A stretch of 64,000 nt of DNA from Lingula anatina (GCA_051362555.1 CM120645.1:9982001-10046000); one strand, 5' to 3'. Shown: positions 1 to 14,623, counted from the first letter of the stretch. The notes: generated by a model not told the origin, from the letters alone. Made by a program: numbers and translations.

Positions 1-38
<38 letters not shown>

Positions 39-349
39 TGAAACACATTTTTTGGCAAAAGTAGATATTGTTTAAAAGCAGGCAGTTGCATGGCACTATT
101 ATTCGACCAGAAGTTGTGACATTTTGATCTCTTACTTGAAATAATCATAGGTTATATTACTCTAGATCACCATCACCAAAACAATTTTCTTATTAAAGAT
201 AAAGGAGCAATTGATATTGCACAAACAGCATGGGTGTCAATCAGTTTCTTGAACAGGGAGATTGCAATTAGTCCCATAGCATGAGTGTTATGCTTGTAGT
301 ACTAATTATTACAGTGCCAGTACTAGTGTTCTTCCTTTTCCTCCTTTAG

Positions 350-3300
350 TTTTGTCCCCAATTGGTTATAGTTTCTAGTGGATTTGACTCAGCACTTGGA
401 GACGAGAAGGTATAATACCTGATGCTACTTTTGTGTTCTTTGAACAACCATTAACTGTCTTAACTTGTTTCTACTTACTATTTTCTAGTTACTTTTTTGT
501 AATGATATTGAATACAAGTTTCACAAAAGATTGTTTTGCCCCCCCCTCCAAAAAAAAAAAAAAAAAATTGGTCTAAATTTTTAGATCTCAGCATTTTGCC
601 CCACGATAATCTTATTCCGTAGTATTAGTCTAATTTTATGAAGTGTTTGTCCTCTTCTTGTAAGAAGAAAGACATGACTGATGTTTCAAACCAACACTTT
701 TTTAGTGGAAAACTGCAGATCAGGCAGACCATATATTTTAGTCCAATAGTTTTGCCCAATTTTGAATGACTGCAGTATCTTTTGTGAAACTGCTCAGTTT
801 TGTAATGTCTTACCCTTCCATTTGACAGATTGCTCCTGCTTTTGATTATTTATTTACAAAGATTCATGAATTGATGTAATCAATGTTTTTAAAAGTTTTA
901 CTTACTAGTAAATGTTTTAAATTTGTAAAGAGTTAAAAGTTCACTTGTGGCACTCACAAGTATGGAAAGATAAAAACATTTGATAGAATTCTGATCTCTT
1001 TATAATATGATTGAATGTAACTTAAAAACTATTTTAATACAGACAAATATAACATCAGCTTATATTTTGCTAAACCTCAGGCTGTTTACTTGGCTGTTAT
1101 AAGTTCTTTTCTCACAAGTACACAGTTTTTTCAATCATTTGTCCAAAAATATGCACTTGCATATTCATTAGTTTACCTTTGTTGTATTGTAGGGAGAGAT
1201 GGAGGTGACCCCAGCTTGCTATGCTCATTTTATCAACATGCTCAGTGCTCTGGCTGATGGCAAACTGGCTGTTATACTAGAGGTAAATAAATATGTTGAA
1301 ACATGTGCCAGTGTGGTAGATGTGACAGTGTGTTGGGTGTGACAGTGTGTTTGATTTGACTGTGTTTGGTAGAACAGTGCACTTGGTAAATGTGTGGAAG
1401 TTTGACGTGAATTGTTGTTATAAATTTAACAAGTACCTTCCAAAAATCATCTACATAAGACATAATATTTAATGTCCATATTTTTTAAGAAATCAATTTT
1501 TAAACTTTGATAAAGTGTTGAGCAACACCACATTTTAATCACCACTGTTTAAAGTAAAAATATATGACCTGGACATTATGCTCTCCATAGGGAGGATACT
1601 GCCTGAAGTCTCTGTCTGAGGGCGTGGCTCTCACACTGAGGGCTCTACTGGGAGACCCGACACCAAGGATAGGACCACTACAGCAGCCTAATGATGTGTA
1701 AGATATTTCATGCCTTCTGCCCCTCTTGTTGTGATTTTTTTTTTTTTTTTTCATTTTCTTTTACCAGACAAATTAAAGACAGGATTCACTTATAACATAA
1801 ATTTCTGTAAGCAGGATGATCGATTCTTGAATTCTATATTCACATCATATGCATGGTAATTTAGTGATGTGTTTTTCTTACTTTTATCAGCAATAACTGT
1901 GAAAAAAATAGTCAGAAATTGTAGACCAGTGTTATGAATTTTCTTGATGTTCATATTTTACTAAATAGATGTGAAATGGGAGACAGATGTGGCAAGAGGA
2001 CAGTAAGGTAGTCATGAGTTCATATTATCAGATTATATTACAGTACTCAGTGTTTTTAACTTCACCATCATCCATATCAGGGCCGTTAGTCTGTCTTTTA
2101 TCTTTCTTTATTCCTACTTTCCAGTATCAAGAAGACCATACTGAATGCTATCCGCGTGTTACGCCCATATTGGCAGTGTCTCCAGTTCCAGGGGGTGCTG
2201 CCAGTACAGAGTCCTGAGGTATCCAGTACCACGCGGGAAGATGATAACTTGTAAGTTTGTTATTTTATAAATAACCTAACAGGCCTTTTAAATAATACTT
2301 AATTAATAAATGTTACTATTAAACTGAACAACAATGTCTTGCATAATACACATTTAAAATAAGCAAGCTCAGCATTTTTTTTTTCTCTTCATCACAGGCT
2401 AAATAAATACTGGGTTGATAAGTAAATATTTAAGAAATATAATTTATCATTGAAGTTATTCTTATGGTCAAATGCATCTGTTTGGAGAACATTATCCATC
2501 AGGTTTAACCATCCCTCTACTTCTATTTTATTATTCAGATTTAATTTTAAAAATCAACATAAATTGGCATATCCAAGTGATTTGAACTTTTCATTCCATC
2601 TCCTAGGAGAACTGTGCCGTTTTCCACCCCCGAGAACCGTCCCGAGGTGTACCCAATAGACGAGTGTTGTTACCCAGTCCAGGAGCCAGAGGTAAAGGCT
2701 GCCTACAGTGCCAGAATACAGGAGCTGATAGATAACACTTACCTGGGCAAGGCACCACACAGGTAAATGGGCATCAGTGTATCAGGGATGAGATTTTTCC
2801 GACTATGGGTAGAATTCTGACTTTTTGGGAGTGAAAAAAAAATAATAATAATAATTGGCCTAGGTCGCTCCCTGGACCCTATGTCATATTTATTGACTTT
2901 TTCACCAAAAGGCACTCTCATCCCTGATTATGAGGCCTCACATAGTTGGATTGATCTATGTAAAATGATAGTTATATTAGGAATGAGCCCTTGGATTCAA
3001 CTGATATTGTGTTTATAAATGGTTTCTGTTCTCTTATGTATACAGGACAGCCCTGGTCTATGACGAAGTCATGAGGAAACACAAGAACCATGTTGATCCG
3101 TAAGTGAGCTTTCTTTTCAAAAAGAAATTGTGGAATTAATGATGCAGTGCAAATATTTGAAATTAAGATATCAGTTAGCAAAATATTCAACTTTGTGTAG
3201 AGTATTAGGGAGAGAAATCATTTATTTAAGTGACATGTGTTTGTAGTATAATAAAAAATATAAGAAAAGCAAAATTTTTGTGTTAAAAGAATTAATTATA

Positions 3301-6049
3301 CCTAGTCCTATTGGGCTTAATGACATCATATCTTTGTTAGCATATTAAGTGAGGTATATTCTTCCAGTTTTGTGAGACAATGAGGTCAATTCATGTTACA
3401 CAAAATTTGAAACCTGGCAGTCTCAACCAGTTATCAAGAAGTGTCTGGCATGGTTTTCTCACTTTCTGGCCTCACTCAACCTTCAAGTTTTAAGTTAATA
3501 ATCATTATACTTCTTTATTATACCCAGGGGTCACCCAGAGAGACCTGACAGAATAACCAAGATATATAACAAGATTCAGGAGTATAGGTTGTTGAAACAT
3601 TGCCTAAGGGTGGAGGTAATATAATTGTCTACTAGTAGAAAGTTTCACTCAGAATCAGTAGCTTAAATAATGATATGTACTAGTATCCAATACTTAGCTT
3701 TATTAGATTGAGTTACTTATGATAGGCATGTTTTTTCATCAACTGCTTTTCTGTATATTTCAGAAAGGCTTGAATCTTTCCAAAACTGTATTATGTATTT
3801 CTCTGTATTTTCCAGTCAAGGATGGCAACAGATGAAGAGGTACTGACATGTCACAAGTAAGCCTAGGCTCTAAAAATTGTTTTAATGACAAAGATATCTT
3901 TACCCTGACGGATAGGTTATTGAAAACATGTATAAAAATTAAGCCTGTGATTTTGACAGAATTTTAAACCACCAGTTATGCTGCAATCATGTTATCAATT
4001 TGCTCCTTGTACTGCCACAGCTGTCAGACTGAAAGACTGTTTTACAATTAAAGAACTTTTTTATCTTTGAATTTATTTCTTGCCCCCATCTGCTATTTGT
4101 CATATAAAAGTTTGCATGCACAAAGGTGTCAAAATCAAGGATTGTTTCATGCCAAAAACATTCTGTGGATCATACAAACTTTAAAAGATAAACAAATTTA
4201 TACTTATGAAAGAAGATTTTAAAGTACAACATATTCTCTTCAACTAATATCCTTTATGTACCAAATTACATTTTAAAAATAATCATATTTATTTACATTT
4301 TATCTAAAACCTTCATTTAAACTTAAATATAACTTAATTCATCTGTGACTTTTTACGTTACCACTATGGTCAGTTAGCCATCCTTTTTGATTATTTAATT
4401 GTACTGTCTGGCTGCTTTCAGAGCCAAGAAATTAAAACATTTATATAATCATTACTACTGATGGGGCTTTGAGGTAAGACTGATCAGCAAAATTTTTATA
4501 TCTCACTCCAGGATGGAGCACTTTAAGAAGATGCAGCAGATCAAAGAGACCAAACCCAGAGAACTCAAAGAAGTTCAGCTGCAGTACAACTCAGTCTATC
4601 TCTGCCAGGTAAGATGTTCAGTCTTTCAATCTTTTGCACACAATTATTATCTTTTAGTCAGATTTAATGCCACCAGGACAGATTAAATTACTAGCTTCTC
4701 TAATCATATTAAAAAAAAAACAGCATCAGCCAAATAACAAATGATGATTTGAACGATTGAATATAATACATTTTATAGCTTAATGTTAAATTAATTCTTT
4801 TTTGAAAACAAAATTGATAATTATTAAACCTAAGGCCACACTTTTTTAATTTTATGGATGACATCCTGCGCGCGCACCGATTTTCATCCGTTCTCCAAAA
4901 AAAAAAAAAAAAAAAATCCCCCCCCCTCCCCCCCCAAGGAAGTCGGTTGTCGCAAACGTCGTTATTGAATTTGCCGGAAAATGTAATCGGCAATCCTCGG
5001 CTAATTCCGCAAGCTCCATGCTGTCATTGTCGACTGCGGAGACATCCGAGTAGTTCCGAGTGCGGAAAATGAGCTTTCTGCGCATGCGTATTATCACCAC
5101 GTGGAAATATGGCCGCTTTGGCGTCAAATTCATCTCTAGCATTAATTTCAAAATACACGACAATTAAAGTCATAAAGAGAACGGGGGCCGTCGTTTTGGA
5201 TTGGTTTGCCATTGATATAGGACATGGAGATATCACCTTTTTACGATTATACGAAAGGCTGGCCGCGGCCAGCGATCATTGCCCGGAAAATTTCAGTGAC
5301 ATTCTGTCCAAAGCAGCACATAGGCTTACCAGGTTTTTTTTGTAGCGAAAAAAGGGTCGACAAGAGCGTCGTGGTATTTGGTGGACTGAAGGTCGGACAG
5401 GCCACCCAATAGTTGGCTGCTACGTGTGAGTCGAAGTAGACAAAATGGCATCGACCGAAATTACCTTTTTTAGATTTGGTAGTAGGAAGCAATTCTGTGA
5501 AGTGTTCACAATGCTTAAATTTTCTGAGAGTAGGCCTACAAATAAAGACACGCTGTTTATTTGATATTTGTTTTATTGATTGCTATACCAACAGAATGCA
5601 TGAAATAACCTTAAATAGATTTGGTAATATGCAGCATATATATATTCATGACTTAATTTATACCTTTCTACGAAGTAGGCCCTATTCACAATGCTTTAAT
5701 ATTTTGAGAACATGGATAAAGACATGTTGTTAGTTTGATACGTGTTTCTGTGGTAAATTAGTGTTTCCAGCTGTGTACTGAAAACATAACTTTTCTTAAG
5801 CAGTTTTTTTTTTTTTTTTTTTTTGGACTGTTTTTTTTTTTTTTTTTTTCGCCCGCTCGCACCGATTTTGGGGTCCCCAGAGGATGTCATCCATAAAAAT
5901 AAAAAAGGGTGGCCTAAACTTGTTTTAAGACTTAATTTGTACCATATTGTGTTAAAGAATAAGAAAACTTCTCATTTATGTATGTTTAATTTATTTAATA
6001 TCCACATACACTTCAGTATATTTTTGAAGTTCAGCTTACAGTTTTAAAA

Positions 6050-6100
<51 letters not shown>

Positions 6101-8939
6101 ATAATAAACTGACTGAATATATCTTTGTCCAGGAGTCCTATGACTGTGCCTTGCTGGCTGTAGGTAGTCTGTTGAATGTGGTGGAGGCAGTCTTAACTAA
6201 CAAGGTGAGATATATAAAGGCTTCCTTGGTTTAGAAGTGAGTAAACCACATTGTTTGCTATTATTGAATATGAAATGTCCGAAGGAGCTCTATCTGATCT
6301 CTTCTTTTTTATATAATTAATATTTATTTCTTTTTATTTACTGTAGGAAATTGAAAGTTACAAGAGTCATTATAATACTTGTAATACTTCTGATTATACA
6401 GCTAAGTAAAATGTAACAGTAGCAGTCAGTATAATAGTGGATAGAACCTACAGAGTTGTGCCACAATGATCCAACTTGATAGGTGTGTTACGTGACAGAA
6501 CATTTATGCTCCATGTGGATTAAATATTTGTAATTTGGTGTTTTCTGTAGAGTCAGAATGGTGTTGCTGTGATAAGACCCCCAGGTCACCACGCGGAGAT
6601 CAACCAGGCATGTGGATTCTGTCTGTTTAACAATGTTGCCATAGCAGCTCGCTATGCTCAGAAGACGTTTGGTGTGAAAAAGTATGTAGTCCTACTAGAC
6701 AGCTGAGATATTTGGGGACATGGAATTTCAGGAACTTAAATGTTGTTTGGTGTTTTTGAATTCTTAAAAGGTTTTTAAAAGAAAATCTTAGATATTAGAA
6801 TGTAAGGACAGTGTGTTGTATTAACCAGTGTGTTGTATTTTACTGGTAAGTCATTCATGTGATTAAGGCCATTTAAGGAAGCCTGAGGGTGAAAACCCCA
6901 GTCTTGTTTCTTTGGCAGAAAATCATGTTAAGCCACATAAAAAATCATTTACTTTTTTATCATTATTTTTTCTACACTTTACCATTAAAATTAATCCAGT
7001 CCTCACTGTGATATCTGTTATATTGTCAGAGTTCTAATACTGGACTGGGATGTCCACCATGGTAATGGTATACAGCACATCTTTGAAGATGATCCAAGGT
7101 ACTGTTGACAGTAGATATTACACATGGGCAAAGTTAACATATGTTAATGACTCCATCTCTTCAATGAAGAAAAATTGTCAAACTTGAAGTAAAACGATTC
7201 TGATTTCATTAAAATTTATATTTCTTTATAGAATATTTTTAAAAAATTGGTGCTTTTACTCTGTAAGGTATCATGCTTTTCAGTTATGTTGCCACCAACC
7301 AATAGGAATGTTCTGATTTAAAGAAGTTATGACTTGTAAAATACAGTCACAGTATCACATTGTGTAAATTTCACAATTTTCCCTATTGTGTCCCCAAAGT
7401 GCAGTGTATAAGATCCAAACTTAACCAGTTTATGTCTAATGTCATTTCAGCATACTGTACATATCAATCCATCGCTATGACCAGGGGTTTTTCTTCCCAG
7501 CTGGACCAGATGGAAACTATGATAAAGTGGGAAATGGAGCAGGCGCTGGCTTTAACATCAACATTCCCTGGAACAAGGTGAAGAAAAACTTTTTTCAAAC
7601 TCTTTAAAAAACTTTTCTTGAATACAGAAATAAATTAATTTTAAGCGATGTGTATTATCTCAAGAAATAATCTTCATAAAGGCGTGTCTATTTTAGTACA
7701 ATTTAAGATAAAAACTGATTGTTATTTTACAGTATGGTATGGGTGACGCAGAGTACGTGGCAGCCTTCCTCCAGGTGATCATGCCAGTGGCATACGAGGT
7801 GAGGGTATTTCTTAGCTCTTTGCTTTTAGATAGATAGATAGATAGATTTTATGAGCGTAAATGTTTTATAATTACTTAATTGCAGCTGTAGTTTTTTCTT
7901 ATGGTTTAACATATTCTGATTGCATTGTTAATATCATAAGTTAAATAAGTTGGTAATTTGTGTTTGTTGATGATTTTTCGTGGATTTCTGAGTGCTTAAT
8001 CTTAATGAAATTGTTTCTACTGGTTGCCTTTTTCTACTCGATGACTCTTTTTCTTTTCAGTTTGACCCAGATTTGGTGTTGGTATCTGCTGGGTTTGATG
8101 CAGCAAGGGGAGATCCCTTGGTAAGTGGACCTGAATTGTGACAGCCACAATGTGGTCTTAATGTAACCCGGTAGTACCCAATATCTGCAACTTTTGCTAA
8201 GTTTGCAAAAACCTGGGAGGAGCATTGTTAAAGGTTCTTGCACAACAAGAGGGCTGGAACAAGAGGGGGTGCAGTTTTATTTTCATTTTAGTATTATTTA
8301 TACTTTATATAGACTTACCAGTATGAAAAATGAGACTATTACATTTGACATTTTAAAGAGTTATACTCTTTTTGATGTCATGAAATAATACATGTAGTTA
8401 TATTGCTTTGTTTTAAGATCATGGGTTAAAAGACATAATTTTTCATAATTTTTCAAAGAAATATATTTCAGAAATTACATGATTTAAGAATTTCATGATT
8501 CAGATTTAATTATGTTTCGATCTTCAGCCACTATAAGTCATGTGTATTATGAAAGTTATTTGAAACAATGTTATTTCAGGGTCATTGTGATGTCACCCCT
8601 GCTGGCTATGGTCACATGACCCAGATGTTGATGAGCTTGGCCAATGGGAGAGTCATATTAGCACTAGAGGTAAAGTATACCCAGGTACTTCACCATGAGG
8701 TGCAGAGATTACTGGAAACTCACCCCCAGGAGCAATTTGATAATAATTGTTGTTTTTGTGATTTTTTAGTAACCTCTGAAACTCACTGTATGGCACCTTC
8801 ACAGAGAACAGAAGTGAAATACTGTAAATGCATTGATCAGAATTCCATAGGATGCTAGCATTTCAAATTTCAAACATTTTGACCAAAAAAGACTGGTTTT
8901 CTTCTTATGTCAAAGTCTCTTTGCACACACACACACGCA

Positions 8940-8971
<32 letters not shown>

Positions 8972-8996
8972 CACACACACACGAACACATGTACAT

Positions 8997-9028
<32 letters not shown>

Positions 9029-9870
9029 TAATATATGTCGAATCTGGGCAACAGTTTTGCCATATAGTTCTGAACCATGTATTATATCTCACATCTTTCC
9101 TGTATATTTCTAGGGTGGCTACAACCTCCACTCCATATCAGAAAGCATGGCTATGTGTACCAAGGTTCTCCTGGGAGGAACATGTCCGCCCCTGGGGTCT
9201 CTGGTACCTAAGACAATGGCCGTAGAGTCCATATGTAATGTGCTGGACACACACAAGAAGTACTGGAAGTGTCTTCAGTTTAGGGGTGAGGTTACTGGAT
9301 TTGATTTAATTGAGAAATTAAATAAAAAGTTTCTTTTCAATCATTTTGGTCTTTCTATGTGTTGATTTACTTTCTTCTCACCCATATTATTATTCAACAT
9401 TTTAAAAGCCATATGTCTTGTATTTCAGTTGATTTGTCTGTACATTTGACAGCTTTGCTGCCTTGTTAAAGCCATATATCCTGTGTTTCAGTTGATTTAC
9501 CTGCCCCAGTTAACCCAGTGACAGCAGGTGTCCAGAACAATGCTGTGACCAGTACCTCAGATATGGACAGTATTACCACGGCCATTGGAGCTCTACAAGG
9601 TATAGTGTGGTCTATCTGAACTCACTTTTTGTTTGTGTGAATATTTATTTTGTTAGATGCCTGCAAAGAGATGGCAATCGGAATATTTTAACAAAAATTT
9701 TCTCCATTTTTTATGTACTTGTATTTTAGTCCTGTTACTTCCATGATCTCATTTTTAGGATCAAGGCTTCGTGTTTTCTCGTTGTTTATCTTGTCTGTTA
9801 AGTACTTTATTAATGTGTAAAGAAATAGATTAAGCTTGTATTGTTTCCTCTTTCAAAAGCAATAAATAGC

Positions 9871-9902
<32 letters not shown>

Positions 9903-11649
9903 TTATTACAAAAAAAATTATTTCCTCAAACAACAAAAAAATATATTGCAATCACTTTATTGTATTCAGTAAAATCTGAGTCAGTCAGCAGCTGTTCAGA
10001 TGGAGGCAGTTTTCTGTCCTCGCCTACAGTGACATCTAGTGACTGCACCGGAGACTCTCCTCTAGGAGCTTGTGGTGGATCAGACGCCAAGAATTTGACT
10101 GTACGCGAGCTGCTGGGAGGGGCTTTAGCTGACCAGGTAAAGTGTTTGTTTGAATTCACCAGTGCCATCTATTGGTCGTGTCAGAAAGCACTGATCCATA
10201 AAGACTTATTGGAACAGTAAACGAGTTATTGTTGTGTTGACTTTGTAACAATTTAAAGATCTCTTTTACCCCACGGCAGGCACTTCAATAAATTGGATAA
10301 TTGCATATGAACTGTATTTTGCTTACACCCTTGCCTGCACTTTCATATGTTTCAGTGTATGCATCTTATTTTTCTAAGTGGAATAAGTCAATTACAATTA
10401 CTCGCAATCCACTGAATGGGACATATAAAAGATAATTATATCTCTGCTGCGCCTCAATATAATTATACTCTTGTATGTCATACAGTGGACAACCCATGTT
10501 GTAACTAGTACATATAATTAAGACTATTACATTAATAAAGATAATAATAATATTTTTGTTGTTTCATTTATCATAGGATGACCTGCAGATGTTTGCTGTT
10601 GTTCCCTTGCCATGGTGTGAACATCTCAAAATGGTGGCTCCTCTACCAGAGAGAGGCCTGGACGTGTTCGCAGCATGCTCCATGTGTGAAAGCACGAAAG
10701 AAAACTGGGTCTGCCTCACATGTTATGAAGTGAGTAGAGATTTCATAGCACTCTGCAGGTGGAATAGATTTTTGGTTGGTATATAATATAAACAATCTAA
10801 GGAACAAAAGCTTAATCCTGTGTATACATAGTCAGTTTTTTTTTTAATTATAATAATTTTAGTGGTGATTGTTAAGCTGTTTTTCTGTCTCTGCTGTTAG
10901 AATTATTGCCACTCAACCTGTTTTGTACTTTCTAGGTTTGCTGTGGAAGATATGTCAATGAGCACATGCTTTTTCATGGGTTGAGTACAGAACACAAAAT
11001 GGTATTAAGCTATTCAGACCTTTCAGTGTGGTGTTATGGATGTGACGCCTACATACATAATGAGGTAGCTATCATTCCATTTAGACCTGTCTTTGTGGTG
11101 TGATTCTTATTCTCAGTCTTTCTACCAACTGATTTAATCTGGTGTTTTTAATGGGAAATGTCAGTCCAGTTAGACCTGTCTTTCTTCTAGCCTGGAAAAC
11201 CATTAGAAATCAATATTAATTTATTTTTATTGACATTTTAATTATCATTTAGATATTTCATTTTATTATTAAAATGTAGTTCTATACTTCTGCTTTCAAA
11301 TTTTAATTGTTTATAGTAATTTTGTAGCTTACAAGATAAATTACTTATTTGAGGCAGATGTATGATTTATAACTAATCTTTAAGAGAGATTAACCTGGCT
11401 GAGTGATAAATTATTTTCAAAAGTTTCAGTGGTATTTCATATCTATTTAAACATGTATGGAATTTATAGATGTAGAATATAGTCTAAGAGTTTTTATGTA
11501 AACATGTAAACAGCACTGAGGCTCATGAGTAGCTTGGTTTTAAGAAATGAATAATAATTGTTATTATTAATTTATTTTTTTAGATTATAGTGCCACACAA
11601 GAGAGCAGCACACAGAAGCAAGTTTGGAGAGGACATTCCTGGAGTGTGA
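350..11649 (+). CDS. HDAC6: Histone deacetylase 6 (5'-partial, 22 exons): end of catalytic domain 1, catalytic domain 2, C-terminal ZnF-UBP
   Basis: AG/GT-bounded, phase-consistent exons 350-409, 1193-1282, 1591-1697, 2125-2250, 2607-2762, 3046-3099, 3528-3615, 3816-3856, 4512-4608, 6133-6204, 6551-6681, 7030-7098, 7451-7577, 7733-7798, 8061-8120, 8580-8669, 9114-9285, 9492-9599, 9970-10136, 10577-10729, 10936-11064, 11584-11649 (TGA, then AATAAA). Motifs: [15 protein letters not shown] (CD1); [42 protein letters not shown] (CD2); [38 protein letters not shown] (ZnF-UBP). Confidence 0.96.
4834..5914. mobile_element. Non-autonomous TIR DNA transposon (PIF/Harbinger- or Zator-like) in an HDAC6 intron
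   Basis: About 34-bp TIRs GGCCAC(a/c)CTTTTTT..TTTTATGGATGACATCCT at both ends, flanked by TAA on both sides (4831-4833, 5915-5917); CpG-rich interior; no transposase ORF. Confidence 0.85.
6052..6098. repeat. (TAT)n microsatellite
   Basis: Directly visible trinucleotide run. Confidence 0.95.
8925..9027. repeat. (CA)n/(CACG)n microsatellite
   Basis: Directly visible; generates spurious HT/VC-rich ORFs. Confidence 0.95.
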
Positions 11650-12169
11650 AATAAAAAAAATTGTTTTATCTGAAATATAAGTTTATTTTTACTCCAATGT
11701 TGAAGAAAAAGAAATAACTTCTAATTTCCATACTGCAAATCTAGTGGGAAATTTACAACTGAATGCTATTAGGGTCAAACAAATTGACCAACTTGAAGAT
11801 AGTAAAAATGGGTTTATTGTATTTTATCCTGTACAGGAAACGCTGTTCATTAATATGTTCCATACCAGATGTTGTAATCAACTTGAAAATTTGTATGCAT
11901 TCCACGATTCCATCATAAAAACTCTGAGAAAAGATTATATTTTCTTCACTCTAAAAACCAAAGAAATATTATCTCAAATTTTTGACTAGATAAGGGCAAT
12001 ATTTTACACTGTGTGTGTTATTTAAAATCAAATAATTCTCTCTCCAGACAAATGTAATGCTTAACCAGAGAAATGTTTTATGACTTCAAATTTTGTAGAA
12101 GGTTTAATCTTGTTAGTCAATTAGATTATGTTGAAAACCAGTGATCAGGTTGATAATTAAGGTTGCTAG

Positions 12170-12320
12170 GTCTCATTCCCATTAAAATTATTGTTCTAGG
12201 TAGATCAATCCAACTCATGGGGGACTCATGCTGAATGCAGTCACTTTAGCAGGTTAGTATTGCATTCAGCAGAGTTGGATCGATATGTGTAGATCGATAG
12301 TTTCGATGGGAACGTGTCCA
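12170..12320. mobile_element. Degenerate palindromic MITE; relatives at about 2940-2990, 35395-35860 and 39086-39345
   Basis: Shared motif GTTCTAGGTAGA..ATCCAACTC..GCTGAATGC with an inverted partner TGCATTCAGCAGAGTTGGAT. Confidence 0.6.
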
Positions 12321-13897
12321 TAGACTCATGACTGTTACCTCTAATTTGTACTCTTTTGTTTTAGACACTGTATTATGTAATTGTAGTACATTTATTCAGT
12401 ACCGTTATTAATAGCCTTTTCTTAGCGAGTGGTATACTTGAGCCATACAGTCTACCTGTACACTTTGACAATTCCTAGCATGTAATTTCGTTACAGGGGA
12501 TCTCTCTTTTACAAGTTCCCCGCAAGTGTTGTTGCTGCTACATGTGCCAGTTTAAATTATGTGCACTTTTCTCGGGCTAGAATCTTGCAATGAATTGGCC
12601 AGAGACATGTCTGTGAATTTCTTGTGAAAAATCAGTATGTGAGCCTGGTAGAGTTGCTACAGCTTGGTTAACTTAATTGATTGGCGTGTAGGCGATTCTC
12701 TTACTGTTAAAATTACTATTAAGTTGTCAATCTTACAAATGGCTGTTACAGACTAATTATACCACTCAGTGTGAGAAGGGTCTCATGTTTATGTATTGAG
12801 GAACTGATTTTCAATATATATATATAATGCTTCTTTTAAATTTATCAATGTGTTTGTTGCGTTTCTTGTACACACTGACAAGCCTGGATGTTTTGAAAAC
12901 CAGCTCACATATACCTGCCGATCTTGAAATGTGTATAGAAGAAATACATTCAAAGGCAAACTGGGAAATATTAGCTCAAAACACTAAATAAAGACCTGAT
13001 TTGATTGCAACGTGTTTTCATTGAAAATGGTATATTGTATGAAGGTGCTGTTCCGTTGAATGAATTCTTCTAACCTTCCGTTTCTTAGCGTAAATCGATT
13101 TATTATGCGTCATTTTTTCAAGATGCAGATAATTTCAACGTATAGTAAAGCGTATAATTAGAAAATCTTGAATATGTTCTCGATGCTCCTAAACTGCAAT
13201 CACCATACGGGGGCCGACTCTGCTATTCAAGGATATTATAACACAATATCTTGAAGGAGGTATGTTCTTTCCAAATTTTTGTTGTTTATGCTCTCATTTA
13301 CCGAGTTTTAGTTGAGCTTGCCGACTTAAGTCTCCTCCCGAGGAGGCTTGACATCGTCGACTTACAGCTAAGAAAAAAACGACGTAAGCGACCTTTTAGA
13401 TTCTTTGTGAAACGGGACTTAATGACGTAACGACTTAATTACGTTGGTAACCAAGCCCTAAGTCAGGGAAACCGAATGTCGTAAAGTCCCCATATACCTC
13501 CATAGAGACAATAAAATAGAATATTCTAACCACTTGTTATAGTTTATTTGTGCGTTGTATTGGATTAATGTGGCAGTCCAAGGTTGTCCTAGGTGGTTTT
13601 CAAGTTTATGCACCGGGTTTTAATATCTTTTAGCGATTTTACGACAACCGTTTACTATCCAATCAAGGTCACAGCCGAGCGTGCATGAAACGTCATGTCT
13701 TGTGAAACTTTGCAATTTTACACCTCCTTTTCTTGAAGAGTTTCTCGTGCGCGTCGACTACGGTAAGCACGCCAAGCTAAGACGTTAGATTCTTTGTGAA
13801 ACACTCCAAGTCGACTTCGGCTAAGTCGACCTAGCTAGGCCACCCAGCTCGAGTAAGACGTCTACGGATTTAAGATTCTTTGTGAAACGGGGGCCAG

Positions 13898-14219
13898 GGC
13901 TCCGTATCTCGAAAGGTTCGCTATGTTGCGCACGTGCGCAAGTGTCTCGATTCCATAACCGATTCTATTTCGAGATACGGGGCCCGTATCTCGAAAGCAT
14001 CGCGTATTGCGAATCGCTATATCAAATAGAGGGTACAGGACTAGTTCTATCTCACGTAAACCCTATGTTCCTGAAGACGAGGCAGAATCCCAGTCAAACT
14101 TCAACTTACAGGTAAGTCTCGTTTAACTGTAAAATTATATGGGACGAGTATGGGCGAGTTATGGAATCGAGACGCTTGCGCACGTGCGCAACATAGCGAA
14201 CCTTTCGCGATACGGAGCC
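13898..14219. mobile_element. MITE with about 60-bp TIRs and CAG target duplication (PIF/Harbinger-like)
   Basis: GGCTCCGTATCTCGAAAGGTTCGCTATGTTGCGCACGTGCGCAAG... is inverted at about 14158-14219; CAG flanks both sides. It abuts another GC-rich element ending GATTCTTTGTGAAACGGGGGC. Confidence 0.85.
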
Positions 14220-14535
14220 CAGACGGCCTTTTGGTTAGTTCACTCACCGGCAGACAGTTTGATATAGTAAAATGTTCACGAAGGCATGTTTCTCATTATT
14301 TTTTAAATGTCCGATATTGGATTAATATAAGTTGTAAATTATTCATCCTAAACCCATAAATTCCTAATAATAAAAGTAGATATTCATTTTTGATGACAGA
14401 AAATGCCTCTCTTTCTACCTGCAGTGTAGCCAAAAAGGTCTATGTTGTAGGCTTCTGCCATTAGCTGGTTGCCTATAGATTCCACCACCTCCACATTCTG
14501 TTTAGTACTAACGTCAAACGTTAAGTGTGAGATAA

Positions 14536-14623
14536 TACACTGTCACCCGTGCGATGTATGCCATAACACTTCGTGCGTCAGTGAGAGGTGGTCATGGCAT
14601 ATATCGCGAGAGGGTGACAGTGT
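14536..14623. repeat. Imperfect hairpin, probably part of a repeat element
   Basis: TACACTGTCACCC..GCGAT.TATGCCAT pairs with ATGGCATATATCGC..GGGTGACAGTGTA. Confidence 0.7.

Noticed and set aside
4709-5733. Cluster of short overlapping ORFs
   Set aside because: Inside a non-autonomous TIR element; low complexity and no transposase motifs.
350-11649. HDAC10 identity
   Set aside because: Second domain is catalytically intact and a ZnF-UBP is present, both diagnostic of HDAC6.
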